Shown piece by piece: positions 50,001-62,604 of a stretch of DNA of 64,000 nt. Numbering within the stretch: the first letter of the stretch is position 1; the number at the start of each line of letters is the position of its first letter. Source of the stretch: Epithemia pelagica. Lineage: Eukaryota; Protista; Bacillariophyta. A program made the translations under genes and the position numbers. The notes under the pieces were generated by a model that saw only the letters and a list, made by a program, of their open reading frames with translations, had not been told where the DNA came from and did not search any database. The stretch lies in NCBI GenBank assembly GCA_946965045.2, contig OX337233.1, positions 1,736,001-1,800,000 on the forward strand, in the 5' to 3' direction.

Positions 50001-50717
50001 CTCTATAATGCGCTATTATACCTCGAAAAAATGTGGGAGGGCCTGTTTTCCCTCCTTAGATGTCTTCAAATTCCATCTGGATCTTGTCTCAAATACTTCT
50101 TTGCAGACAATTCAACAAACTGGCTTCCAAATTCATTAGTATACACTTTTGGTGTTTTGACGTCCCACTTTTACAAGAATCGTTCTGTGGTATTTGTCAA
50201 TGCTCCTGTGAACTACACTGGCTATACAATCGACAAATTCCGAAAAGACTCTGGTTATATCACTGAAATTTCCAAAGAAGACCCTTATTTGAAAGACATT
50301 GTTGCTCTTGTATTGGGATATGACCATTTCGTTGTGATGCACTTTCGCATTCCAGAGAAGAGGATTACAGTCTATGATGGACTGAGTGGGAATGACCTGA
50401 CAAAGTGGAACAATAGTTCCCTAGTCATATTATGGCGATATGGCCTGATCAGTGTTGATGATTCTTCAACACCTTGTCACTGTCTTGAAAGTGACCACGG
50501 GATTCATCGAAATGAAGATCTCTTGACAATGGCCCATGATTCAAGAATGAAAGGTCTTCAAAAGGATAGTCATTCGTGTGGAATTCTTGCATCATTAGCA
50601 ATTATTCATCTCATCCGACCTGTATCAAAAAACCAGAAACGAGGAAAGACCTACATCCAAGCCGATGTCCCCAAGAAACATGGCGTTCTACTGTTGGTGG
50701 ATTGTTCCAAAAAATGA
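49998..50717 (+). CDS. Ulp1-like (C48) cysteine protease domain, transposon-associated
   Basis: DHFVVM (His), VYDGL (Asp), QKDSHSCG (Gln/Cys): complete catalytic set; true start uncertain. Confidence 0.75.
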   Translation: MLYNALLYLEKMWEGLFSLLRCLQIPSGSCLKYFFADNSTNWLPNSLVYTFGVLTSHFYKNRSVVFVNAPVNYTGYTIDKFRKDSGYITEISKEDPYLKDIVALVLGYDHFVVMHFRIPEKRITVYDGLSGNDLTKWNNSSLVILWRYGLISVDDSSTPCHCLESDHGIHRNEDLLTMAHDSRMKGLQKDSHSCGILASLAIIHLIRPVSKNQKRGKTYIQADVPKKHGVLLLVDCSKK

Positions 50718-51031
50718 CGGAAAAGTGTTGGAAAGACTTGGAATCTGCTATTAGGAACAAAAAGAAGCAAGATATACCCGAAACACCATCACAAGTAATG
50801 AAGCTCCAACATCAAGAATTTCATGCCGCCTTCATTCCTCAGCAACAGCAGAGATCTCCCATGAACACCCGCAATTCCACCAGGACGACCACCAACAAGT
50901 AAGTTGAATTAATTTGTCAAGTTCTTGCAGAAGAATATTTTGTAGGGAAGATGTATGTTCTTAGCCATGTTTTCTTCTTATTAACAATAGACACAGGGAG
51001 GCAAACGAAAACATGTGCAATAAGTGCATAA

Positions 51032-51663
51032 ATGGACCACTGGAAACTAGCACAACACAAAGCGGACAAATTAATGACACTGTTGAAAGAAACAAGACAC
51101 ATTGAGCAACGACAACAGGCCATCAAAATGATTCAAATGAACCGCATGACCGCATTTCATGTTGAAATCGGACAGGCAGTTGCTTTATTTCCTGATCAAC
51201 GTGATCGGTCGACACAAAGCCGCCATGGGATTCACGGAATTGTTTTTGAAACTTCAGAATCTTCCCTTCCATCAGTGAGAATTGCAATACCCGAAGGTAT
51301 AATTGGTGATAAACGTGGCAAAAAAGCGATCTGGTATCCACCAGATATGTATAGTGTCATACATTCGTCTTTGCCTCTGGGTGGTGCGAGACGCATTCTA
51401 CAAGACAGTATCAAAACAAATTCTTTTAACAAAGAGGGCTTTCCAATCATTTCCATAAGGGATGCACATCGAATGGCATATAGTGGAAATGGAGACATAC
51501 AACGTAAGCAACAAACAGGAACACCATCAAGTACCAGGGTTGTTCATGTCAACGCAAAGGGTATCAATGCAAAACAATGAATTGTGGATGCCGGAAACGA
51601 AATGTTCAATGTGGAGAAAGTTGCAAGTGTTCCAAGGAACTATGCATAAATGGGAAGCAATAA
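51032..51663 (+). pseudogene. C-terminal part of a Ginger/KRBA2-like integrase with terminal CXC domain
   Basis: QAIKM...IGQAV...DR...GIV...EGII...YSVI...ISIRDA, then frameshifted CSCQRKGYQCKTMNCGCRKRNVQCGESCKCSKELC*. No DDE core. Confidence 0.6.
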
Positions 51664-51718
51664 TTTAGTACGAGTATCACATCATAAATCTAATAGTATT
51701 AGGATGTCATTTTGGTTG

Positions 51719-53631
51719 TTAATGCCGGTAACGATGTTCCGATGAACCAACCAACTGTTTTTCCAGACGGCAAATTGTCAGTGCAATTGTCATCCCCATC
51801 ATGATGATGGTGATGCACAGATGTGCAATACCACCCATCGACCTCAAGCTCTTGAACAATGACAAGACGCCTGGAAATTTTCTCGACATGAAGTTGGACA
51901 CTTGTTTCATTGTATTGGCAACACGTTCAGAAAGGTCCACGTCGTCATCGTGGAAAGAAATGCTATGAACTGTCCGTTTGAAACGATGAAACATGAGACC
52001 AAATGCACTCATATTACCTTTGTCTCCAGTGTTGCGACGACAATTGGCACCACGTGCGAAAGTTTTCGAGGCAATGAACGTCCTTGATAAGGAAATGAGT
52101 GAATTGTATAATTGCTCTGAGGGATTTACACAACAAACAACAACATTGGACTGAGTAATTGGTCGACGATTGCAATCCAAAATGGTTGTTTGAAAGCAAG
52201 TTGATGATTGACCTCGTTCAGCTATGGGATCAAAGACAAAAACAGAGGATAGAAGACTATTGTACGAGGCTCCAGGAACCTATCGCCGACATCCAACTTT
52301 GTTTGAATCGGATTTCCGGAACAAAGTTTGATAATGATTTCGTCTGGACATGGTTGAGAGACAGTTGGATTCCTCTCCCAACAAATCAGGAGGGAGAACA
52401 GGAGATTCATTGTCGTCCTCGTCAAACTGAATGCAATGTAGAACACGGGGGAATGATATTGATGGATCAACAAGGCCAATGGTCCAAACACGATTGATGA
52501 ACTGTATGAAAGCACCACGTCCAGGGAGCCCAGTTGAATGCACCAATCGTAGCCAGGAGATGGGAAGAGAACTCATGGGAGATTGGGTTATGGAACTTCC
52601 AACGCCATATTCCAAGTCTCCATCACCATTGGAATCATCCAGTTGAAATGCCGTGGTCCAAAATGTGGCAGCATGAGGGGAAACCATAATAATGGTGCAA
52701 AAGACATGGTCATGTTCACTTCCACACAAGGCCTTGGACGTCCTGGTACGAAACACAGTCTCGTAGTACCGAGTTTCGGCTGAGATCAGTGGTTTCTTAT
52801 GTGTTCTTGAGAGCACACAATCAATCAAATAGGCTCCATGAAGTTCTTGAGTGAGTTGAATGGGTTCACCGTCGCGAACCTTGAAGCTCGTATGACACAA
52901 AAAACCTGGGTGGTGTTTTTGCAAAACCAAATATCCGTCAAGAATGCACCGGGTAAGTACAGGGATGTCAGGACATGGTCATGTTCACTTCCACACAAGG
53001 CCTTGGACGTCCTGGTACGAAACACAGTCTCGTAGTACCGAGTTTCGGCTGAGATCAGTGGTTTCTTATGTGTTCTTGAGAGCACACAATCAATCAAATA
53101 GGCTCCATGAAGTTCTTGAGTGAGTTGAATGGGTTCACCGTCGCGAACCTTGAAGCTCGTATGACACAAAAAGCCTGGGTGGTGTTTTTGCAAAACCAAA
53201 TATCCGTCAAGAATGCACCGGGTAAGTACAGGGATGTCAGGAATGGAGGTTCAAACTGGCGACAGAAATATGGAGTTGATTGATTGCATTGAATGTTTGA
53301 TAAAGTCCTTTTGTAGAGACGGTGGGAAACAAAGGGAATACATTTCTGTTAGAAATAAATTGAAGTTGGACGTATCGAAACAACCATTAACATGTTTCTG
53401 AGGATTGGGATGTGCTTTGATGACATGGATGATCCCAGGTGGACGGTTGGATGTGACACCTGTCCTTTTATGTTTGGCAGAGTGGTTTACCTTCATGCTG
53501 ATGATGTGAGGTTTGGATCGTACCAAGGAAAATGGTCTTCGGTTGTGAAAGATTTTTAAATCAACACATGAAAGATAGGAAATAAGTACAAAACGATAAG
53601 TATTATGTGTTGATTTGACTTGTAGGGACAA
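51719..53631 (-). pseudogene. Diverged second copy of the unknown-domain plus TET/JBP module, HxD core deleted
   Basis: LPISWLRL.HS.G.PGRGAFI vs LPLSWLRL.HS.GQPAKGAYI; SNKVGCRR*VPGASY vs SNKRGCRKYVQGALY; NCRRNTGDKGNM vs NARCNTCDRGLM; then jumps to CTSVH...TVGWFIG. Confidence 0.75.
52703..53241. repeat. 269-bp near-perfect tandem duplication
   Basis: Units at 52703 and 52972; one mismatch seen (aaaaaacc / aaaaagcc). Confidence 0.95.
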
Positions 53632-54305
53632 GTCAAATCAACACCGACAATATGCTAATTTGTACACTACAAATTGGAATTTTGTTTTAATATGTATTTT
53701 GTGTTAATTTGTTGGGTAACAGTATCATGACTCAAAATGTCTGTAATTGTATGATTGTTTCCATCATTTCCTCATCAATATTTTGACAAAATAGCACAAA
53801 TATACAAACAGACTTGCCCTTGAGATGAATGATGCTCTTCCATGGTATTCTCTTTTTGAGATGAATCATGAAGAGAGTCCATGGTTGAACAGTAAGTCAA
53901 GGTTGGAGGGAGTGGAGTGTTCCACAGAAGAGGAAGCCCTCTGAACATGAAACCTGATTTCCTAGTTTACAGTTGGATGGAGGTTGCAAGCAATTGATTT
54001 TCAAGGAGAGGTGACACACCAATAAAAATTCAAAACTTGATTTGAAGCTCAAAAAATTTTTCTACCATCCTACTGGGCCCCCCTGCCAGCCTCAGCATAG
54101 ACAGAATATTTGTATTCAAAGGTCGAAGTCCTCATCAATGAAAGGCACTTGGATTCAGACAATGGAGTGCTGTGTTTTCAGCATTTGATACCAGAGGACA
54201 AGATGAATGATCATTCAGGGTAAAATTTGCAATAGGTCCAAAATCTTGAAGACACTGGTAGATAGTAAATTCTACTTGTACAGCAAAACTAGATCGAAAA
54301 ATGGT

Positions 54306-54379
54306 GCCGGTGTAGCTCAGCCGGTTAGAGCGTGGGTCTAATAAACCCAAGGTCGTGAGTTCGAGCCTCACCTCCGGTA
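54306..54379 (+). tRNA. trnI: tRNA-Ile (anticodon AAT)
   Basis: Cloverleaf: A-box TAGCTCAG..GGTTAGAGC, anticodon loop CT-AAT-AA, T-arm gtgag-TTCGAGC-ctcac, acceptor stem with one mismatch, T-rich 3' flank. Confidence 0.92.
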
Positions 54380-54607
54380 TTTGTTATTTTGAGTTTTCTC
54401 ATACTCGTAGAGAAATACGCGCCTGTTCCACTAATACGGATAAGTTCTACATTAGGGGACACAAGACACACCACACCGACGATTTGTTTCCTCAACGTCG
54501 AATGATCACTTTCGGATTGGGGGGAGTCAAACTTGTTCAGGACCCATTATTTCATTATAAACCATTGATCGATAAATTGTGAACGAAATGCTGAGCGTGT
54601 TTGCACA

Positions 54608-57600
54608 ATGATTGGTCGAAACCGTCGCGATCACAAGAGTAGCAAGAGGACGGCCAAGAAGAAGAAAGACCAAACTAGTACTTCTGGAAGTGTGGACGAC
54701 GAGAACGACAGTCAGGATATCACACAATTCCAGCAACAACAACCGTTTGCAATCTTGGCTCCCCAAAGACGAAAGAAGAAGCAGGAAGCAGCTGCTTTCT
54801 CGTCTCAGTCCCCGACGGGAAGTTCTTCGCACAATTTATCCCCCAAGAGCAATTTTCTTCCGTCTTCTTCGCCTTCTTGGAGCTCGCAGAATACATCCGC
54901 CAGCCATTTGGCCAGCAAAGGTGAATTACCATCCCACTCACAGGACCAACCGCATCGATCACAACAACGTCATACGAGCGCTCCACCCTCTGGCCCCTTA
55001 TATCCAAGTTTAGAAGCAGTCGATGGACTTTCGGTGCGAGTTTTGTATCCTAAAATCGCAGACGACCATGATCAGAGTGACAACAGGTCACAATTGATCG
55101 GAATTCATAATACTGACACTGATGGGAACGCCAAACCATGGAAGCATGTCGAATCACTTACCACTTCCACTCGAGCAGCCTCGGACGCTATGGTAACTCC
55201 GTCGACCTTCAAAACTCGCACCGTAACCACCGTCAGTGTGGACAACGAACGTTGTAACAACAATCATCAAGGAAGCAACAAAGATAGCCCCGCTCTGAAA
55301 TCACCACCGGCTGATACCATCTTGAATCCCTCAGGAATTTCGCCCCCTCTTGTGCCTCAACCTACGCCGGGTGTTGGTACAAACACACAAAGCAGTCGCC
55401 CAACAGGAGCGTCCAGCAGTGTCTTTGGACGCCCCAGCAATCGAGGTGCTTCTTTAGAAGATGAGAACCCTGGTCCAACTCAAGAGCAGCAGAAACCGCA
55501 AACCAGCAATTCGTCCATGAGTACGACTGGAAGCGGGGGAAGTCATCAAAGCAAATATGGACAAATGGCTGCAGCTGTTGCTGCGGCAACTTCCGGAACA
55601 TCCTTGTCCTCTTCTTCGCCTTTGATGGGCAATGTTTCTGCACATTCACTGATGAATGCAACTGCCCCGTCAACAAATAACATCGGTGGACCCTTGGAAA
55701 ACGATAGATCTAGCTCTCTTGTGGGACAGCGAATGATGAATACTAGTGTTACTGAAACAGTAGCCTCACCACTGACCTCAGAACAAACGCAGGGATCTAG
55801 AACCGTGGTGTCCAGAGAAGATGCAGCAACAACGACGTGTGATGAGATCCAACCAGATGACGACGAGGTTGAACAAAACTCAGATGATGGAGATCAGGAT
55901 GACGATGACGACGCAGATTCAGATGACTCAGAATTACGCCTTGCTCTTTTGGAATCCTCAAAGATTGCAGAACGGAGCGGGACATGTGACAGCGGAGGAA
56001 CTCATACGAACACTAATGGGGATGGAGCCGATGATGCTGTGAGTTCTGTAGACCACAGCAATAGCTGGTCGGAAGAACGTCTAGAATCCACTCGAAGCAA
56101 CGCAACAACTTTGCGAACAGTTTGTGAACAGGATGAGGTTGATACAGAAGTGATCGATTTTTGCCTGCAGCAGTGCGAACAAGATCAAACAACTTTGAGT
56201 GAAGTCATTCAACGGCAAGCTGCTACGGCAGTTGATGAAGCTTCTTTGGCAGAACTGAACGATTTGTTGGAGATGAATGAGACATTGCTCAGCGTTATGG
56301 AGATGGCGAAGGAGAAAAAGAAGCAACAAAGTGTACGCGAAAGACCGCGACAAACTACTGATGGTGATGACATAGTCCCAGATGCCTCAGGAGAGGGCAT
56401 CCCTCAGGAAACAACTCTAACCGAAGTAGCCTCCAGTATGGAGATCGGAAAACTGGTTCAAAAGCAAGATATATTCACTTTGATCTGCATGCTAAGATCT
56501 CAGATGGTGGAGCAACGTTTGGAGTCTGCGCTGGCTTTGTTGAAGTTTGCTCGCGGAAGCCATTCCGACGACAACACAAAAGATGGCAGTCGTAGGAACA
56601 ACATGGATACTTCAATATGTGATGAAATACACTCCAGTGGAGGATTACATTCCCTGCTTACTTTGTTCTTAAAAACCACAGCAGAATCGGTGAAACTTGT
56701 GTCTGCGTTGGCTGTGGCGCACATATTACCAGCTAGTGTGGTTGCCATGGCAAGCACTTCCTCCTCGGCTACGGCCGCCCATCACAGTAACATCAAACCT
56801 CAGGTAGGTTTGAAGATAATGGAATGCCTGAGATTTCTCAGTACTGTGCGAGAGCCAGAACAAAATATCCAAGGCGAAATAATCACTGATCGGGAATGTT
56901 GGAAAGCCGCGACAATGGGGCTGGCAACATTCTGGATCCACGCGCTGGAGCCAATGGTTAGGACGACCAGTGTTCCGTCAAACAACAAAAGCTCTGTCAA
57001 AAGTGGATCAGTTGTGCAATACAGTGATATCGGAGCAATAACGCCAACTTCGTTAGCGCCAAGAGGTAGCAGTTCAGGATCTAGCTCGGTCACTGGGGGA
57101 CGTCAGAGACATAATCGTTCTCAAACCTGGTGTGCTTTTAATCTGCGAAGGGAACAAGGAACTGCAGGTATCCAAGAAATTTTGGAAATGGCGGTGACGC
57201 TGGTTATTCGATTTGCAACAAGGGAAGACGCATTCATGGAAGTTGACGCTGCCGACTTGATTTTACTTGTGGAACAAGTCTGTGGTATGGAAGCTGCCCG
57301 CCCTATCGCCGTACGGGAAGGAATATTGCGGGTCTTGGTGAAATGGATGAGATCTTCAGATACTGACAGTAAAACTGATATGCGTATGCAAAGAACCTCC
57401 GTGTTGTCCCTCCGCCATTTAACGTCCATCAAGGACAAGTATATGGCTGGATGGATTCATTCACAAATGGTCAGCTCTGGTGCACTTCCGGCCATTGTTT
57501 CTCTTACACGAGATATTCATTTGAGTTACCCGGTGCAGTTGGCCATTTGTCAAATTTTGGCGTCCTTGTGCATTGCTCCACATACCCGTGCAGCAGTGGT

Positions 57601-60600
57601 GGAAGCCGATTGTATTCATTTTTTGATTGATTTACTTTCGGCATTTGACTTCAACGTTACGACAGGCGACGACGAGTTGGCTCTTTTTGCAGGGCAGGCC
57701 CTATTACAGCTCGCGACTGGAGCTATTCAAAGGGCGGGAAGCCTTGATAGTGGCAACGACAATGAATTGATCGGATTTGCACCACGCGAACGACACGATC
57801 GAATACTCAAGTAAGTTACACCATTCACAGCATTCACAAGGAACTAGGAGTTTTTTGGACCATGTGACATTTGATCCAAATGATACTCATTTTCACCTCT
57901 TGTGTGTGGTTCCAGTGATATCGTTGCTAGGGGTGCGATTGCTTCATTCGTGTCGATTGCTTTGGAGAAAAGGGGCAAACTTCGCATAGTTGCGATTGAA
58001 ACATTGGGTGTCCTTAGTGAAGATATTAGTCCAAGCAGGGGCACTAGACTTCAACTCTGTGAGGATGGAGCGGCTAGTGCTTTGGGGGAAACTCTTCGAG
58101 ATAGTCTTTCTCGAGTTCAGAGTCAAAGAACTGTAGGTCATGCTAAGCAGAGCGATGAACTTCAATTCGATTGGAATGAAGTTCATAAATTTGCAGAAGA
58201 GGACCTTGAACAACTGTACTACGCGCTTTGTGCACTGTCGAATATTCTTGATCCGACGGTTGAGGGGACTCTTATTCGGGCAACTTCGAATGCTGATCCG
58301 ACGGAATCTTTGAGACCACGATCACTTTTAACAACGAGTTGTCTCCAAACAATTGAAAGCGGTGGATTGAAATCAATGCTTCAACTCGCAAAGTTTCCTT
58401 TAGTGGATATGAGAGTCGTCGAACTCGTGGAAGAGGCTTGTCATTCTCTTTCCTTACTCTCACCTTTCTTGCTTTCGAAGGACATTGCGTCCAAAGGACT
58501 GGCTGGATGGGCTGGCCAGGTATTAGACGTTTTCTGCTTCATCGTGGAGAACCTTGAACAGGAGAGCAATAGCGGCGAGTCCGACGACTGGTTCGGAGAG
58601 AATATTGACTTGCATGTCAGCGTGTTGCAAGGCATTGGAGCTCTGGCCAAGTCGGCACCCCTGAAAGTACGAATAATTGATCGCGTTCTACCATATGTAA
58701 TCCGCGCCAAGAACTTGCGAGATCACACGTACGTGTCGAACTCCGCTAGCCAGGCTTTCCAGTCGCTGGAATTTGCAGACGATGAAATGGCCGTCCAGAC
58801 GGCAGGCAATAACGCCAACCTCCTCGCCGATTGGTTCTGTTTTCAAAGGTCGTTTCTGATCCAGACCATGGCCCGTACTGAGATCGTACAACACCTGGTG
58901 GAACGGTGGGGCGAAGCTGTGGCCCATGCAAATCACAATGATCCTACAGGAGCAGCCACAGCTACTAATCTCACCCGTATGATTTCCGGTGGCTCACGAA
59001 GTTCGAATGCTAGCTCCTCGGCTGGTTCAGAGATCATGCTGACTCAAATAGGAGGATCAAACGATGAAATATCGGAGAAAGTAGTGCGATCAATCATTCG
59101 GGAATATCAAGATATTTCCGGAGACATAACGGATTCGACGAATTCAAGAAGTGGAACCCAACAAGATGAACAAGAGTCTCCAGATGGTTCTGATATTTCG
59201 TCGGAACGAGGACTGCTCTTCCAGCAGGGTTATCCTCTCAACCAGAGTAAATGCGAAGCTTCTTGGATTTTGTCACATGCGAAATTGATGAAGGATTGTT
59301 CGTCTCAAGGCCACAAAACGTTGTCGACTCATGTTGAGAAGCTTTTGGATCTTTGCTTTCCTTCCAGACTATTACGTGAGCGAGTCATTCCAACACAAAT
59401 GATCAATCTTGAATCGTCGTACAACTTCCGTACTATTTTGATGCCACAGCGACGTTACTTTTCTTTTCGGCGCGAGGGTTTGCTCCTATCGAGACTCTGT
59501 GATAAGGAACTCGGAGCAACATCTGATACGTCGGAGGTCTACTGGTCACTTAATTTTACAAACAGTTCGTTCGCCGGAGAGTTCCCAGAATCGCTTGTTC
59601 AAGCTCTCTACTTGTGTCCGTCAATCAGTGCTCTATCCTTCGTTGGGAATAGCAGGAAGTTGGATGAGAGCGATGTCAAAGAGGGAAACTCTAGTGATGA
59701 AAAAGGGTCGAGTATGCATGGGGACGCTCCTCCAGAGGGTGGTGGACTTTTGGCAAACCTTGTGGGCTCGTTGCCACCCTGGGTTGCAAATCTTACGTTC
59801 GAAAGAGTTTTGGACGACCAAGGCATGAAAGCTCTGGTTGCCATCCTTGAAACGCTCGGGAGACTGACAGCAGGTCAAGGCTTGACGCGCCAGTCATTTA
59901 CAAAGAAAGTATTGCCCGGGCATAGACGTTCAGCATTGTCCTTGGATGTCCAGGCACAAGGAAGATTTTCATTCTTCGCTGTGCGCCACTCGCCAGAGTT
60001 ATCTAGTGTGGCATGGCGAAACTTCTTTGGACTGGTCGGTCAAACTCATCCAGCAGCTCGACGGCACGCAGAGATGCGCCCATTGTCGAGCCTTCGTTGT
60101 CTGGACATTAGCAATAATGGTCTTGGAGATGAACTGTGCGCAAGCGTGCTTGAAATCATCCATTGCAAAACTTCCGGATGTCGGATTGAAGAGCTCGATT
60201 TGTCTGGTAACCGAATTGTAGAAGGGAAACATGTCCTGAAGGTGCTGACAGGCTACACTCAGAAATATCGCGCTCACAAGCTTTCTGGAGTTCAAGTTCG
60301 AGCAACACCTTGGCAAGCACCTCTCCGCACGCTACACTTGGCTTCTAATGGTTTAAACAGAGGAAAAGCTTGGCTCGAGATAGTTGCGCTGCTCAAGAAC
60401 AATACACTAGAGCTCAGGGTACTGGACTTCTCGGCCAACAAGCTCTTTCTGAACGAGGATGACTACGATAGTGATATCCTGGTTTCGTCCTTGATGAAAA
60501 ATACCTCACTACAATGTTTGAATCTTTCAGGCAACCAGTTTAGCCCAGAAACAGTTGATGACATCTTGGAGCAACTACGGCATGTTTCGAGCGATAAAGG

Positions 60601-62604
60601 CCTTGCAATTATAGATTTATCGAAGAACTCGCCACCTTTGAACGAACGTCAAGAAATCGTTCTGGAAGGCATATCAAGGAACTCACGTAACTCCGTTCTG
60701 CATCGCTTGAATGCGGAAAAAGAAGCCAAGAAGGCGGAAGAATTGGAATTAGCAAACTTGAATGAGGATGAAAGCATTGACGAGGCTGTCGAGGCGCTTC
60801 TATTACAACAAGAAAGCAAGACAGATCACTTATCATCTCTCACGGACTCAACCGAACCTCTTGGAAACAATAAGATCACGGTGCTTTTCTCGGCTCCGCT
60901 TGTTTTCAAAGATGGATCGGAGAATCTTCGTCCGTTTGCAAAGTTAGACTTTGAGATGGAGCGTGAACTACTTTGGTACGTAATTTTAGGGCGTTTTCGT
61001 GTGATCCGCTGTACTCCCCTCACCTCAGCTGTTTGTGAAGGCAATGTCTGAAAGAGGCTTCAAGGGACATCGAGTTGTCCTTTGACTCTGCGACACATGA
61101 CCGCCTTTTGGCAACAATATCAAAGCGATGTGGGTGCTTACATTATTCAGGTCATGGAAATGAACATTACCTGCCGTTCGAGGATGGCAAAGGAGGACCG
61201 AACTGGTTTGAAGTTGAAGATATAAGGAAACTCATTGGTGCTCGACAGGGGGATGTACCTTTTCGGTTTGTTTTCGTCTCCGCGTGTTATTCTGGGTTGG
61301 CCGGAGAGACTTTTGCATCCGCTGGAGTGCCCCATGTTGTCTGCTGTCGGCAGGAGTTTGAATTGAAGGATGCAGCCGCGTTGGCTTTCACTCGGCAGTT
61401 CTACCTGGCACTTGCCGATGGCCACACGGTGAAAGAGTCATTCGAGCTGGGATGCAAAGCTGTTCGGGCGACGCCAAATCTTCGTGATGCAGAGAAAGAG
61501 ATGGAGAAGTTCATCCTTTTGCCAAAAGATGGAAACCACGACGTCCCAGTTTTTGACGCGAAACCAGTTCCACAATGGCCACGATCACTAAACACCGGAG
61601 GTGGCATCTCTTCTCGCGCACTTCTGTCGAAATCTAAGATGGCTGATAGGAATGCGAGGAGTGTTGAACTGGATGTACGCAACATGATTCAAGAGGATCC
61701 TTCTCCATCTCCTCCGCAATTTTTCCTCGGCCGCGAGGTTGACATGTATATTGTCCTCAATCTATTACTTGTCAAACGGCTTGTCAGTGTTATTGGAGAC
61801 GTTGGGGTTGGGCGGTCATCGCTGGTTTGTGCGTTATGCCATTACGTCAACGAACGGAAAACAACGATGAATCATGTTAAACGTATATTCTACGTCAAGG
61901 CGAAACAAGGAAGAGCGAAACAACACAGGGTGAGATCTCTGGTGCAAAGGCTTGTAAAGAAACTTGTTGAATCTGAGACGATTAGTTCTGAAGACTTCGG
62001 CAAAGACGCTGATATTGAATCTCTTTTCGACCGTATCTGTAAAGGGTTGAAGAACGAGCATGCTTTGATTGTATTTGACCGCACCGAATTGTTGGAAGAT
62101 GACGAAGCCAACGAATTCCCCATGTTTCTGAGCAATTTGTTTCGTGAAACACGAAATGTCAGAGTTCTTCTCACGGCGAAAGAAACACTTGGAATTCCCT
62201 CTATCGGTGGCCATGTGGAGCATTATTACAGACTGGGTCCCCTTACTTATGCGAACTCCGTTCGACTGTTTTCATCACTTTGCCCGTACATGCACACACC
62301 CTCAGACCGTCGTCGCTTATACACAAAAATGGTGGCGAACATGGAAGAAGCAGAACTTTTGCCAACAGATCCTGGAATTAGCCGGTCGGTTCGTACCAAA
62401 TTTGATTTGATCGGGAATGGGATCCCGTCCAACATTGAAAAAGCAGCGTATACAATATCCAAAGAAAACTTCATGTCGCTGTTCCGATCCGAGGGACAAG
62501 AGGACAACGAACAGCAGCGAGAACATACACAAACTGGTTTTGAAAACTTGGACGAGGAGGAGCAGCGAGAACATCTTCAAATTGGTTTTGAAACCCTTGA
62601 GTAG
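54608..62604 (+). CDS. Host protein ~2608 aa: disordered N-terminus, GAT-like helices, ARM repeats, RNI-like LRRs, CHAT protease, STAND-like P-loop; exons 54608-57810, 57916-60975, 61041-62604
   Basis: GT-AG introns 57811-57915 and 60976-61040 keep frame (7827 nt total). LRR LRCLDISNNGL / IEELDLSGN / LRVLDFSAN; CHAT LHYSGHG and FVSAC; Walker A GDVGVGRSS; Walker B LIVFDRTE. Confidence 0.88.

Noticed and set aside
25900-54000. Endogenous giant virus or Polinton
   Set aside because: No capsid, packaging ATPase or family B polymerase motifs recognised.
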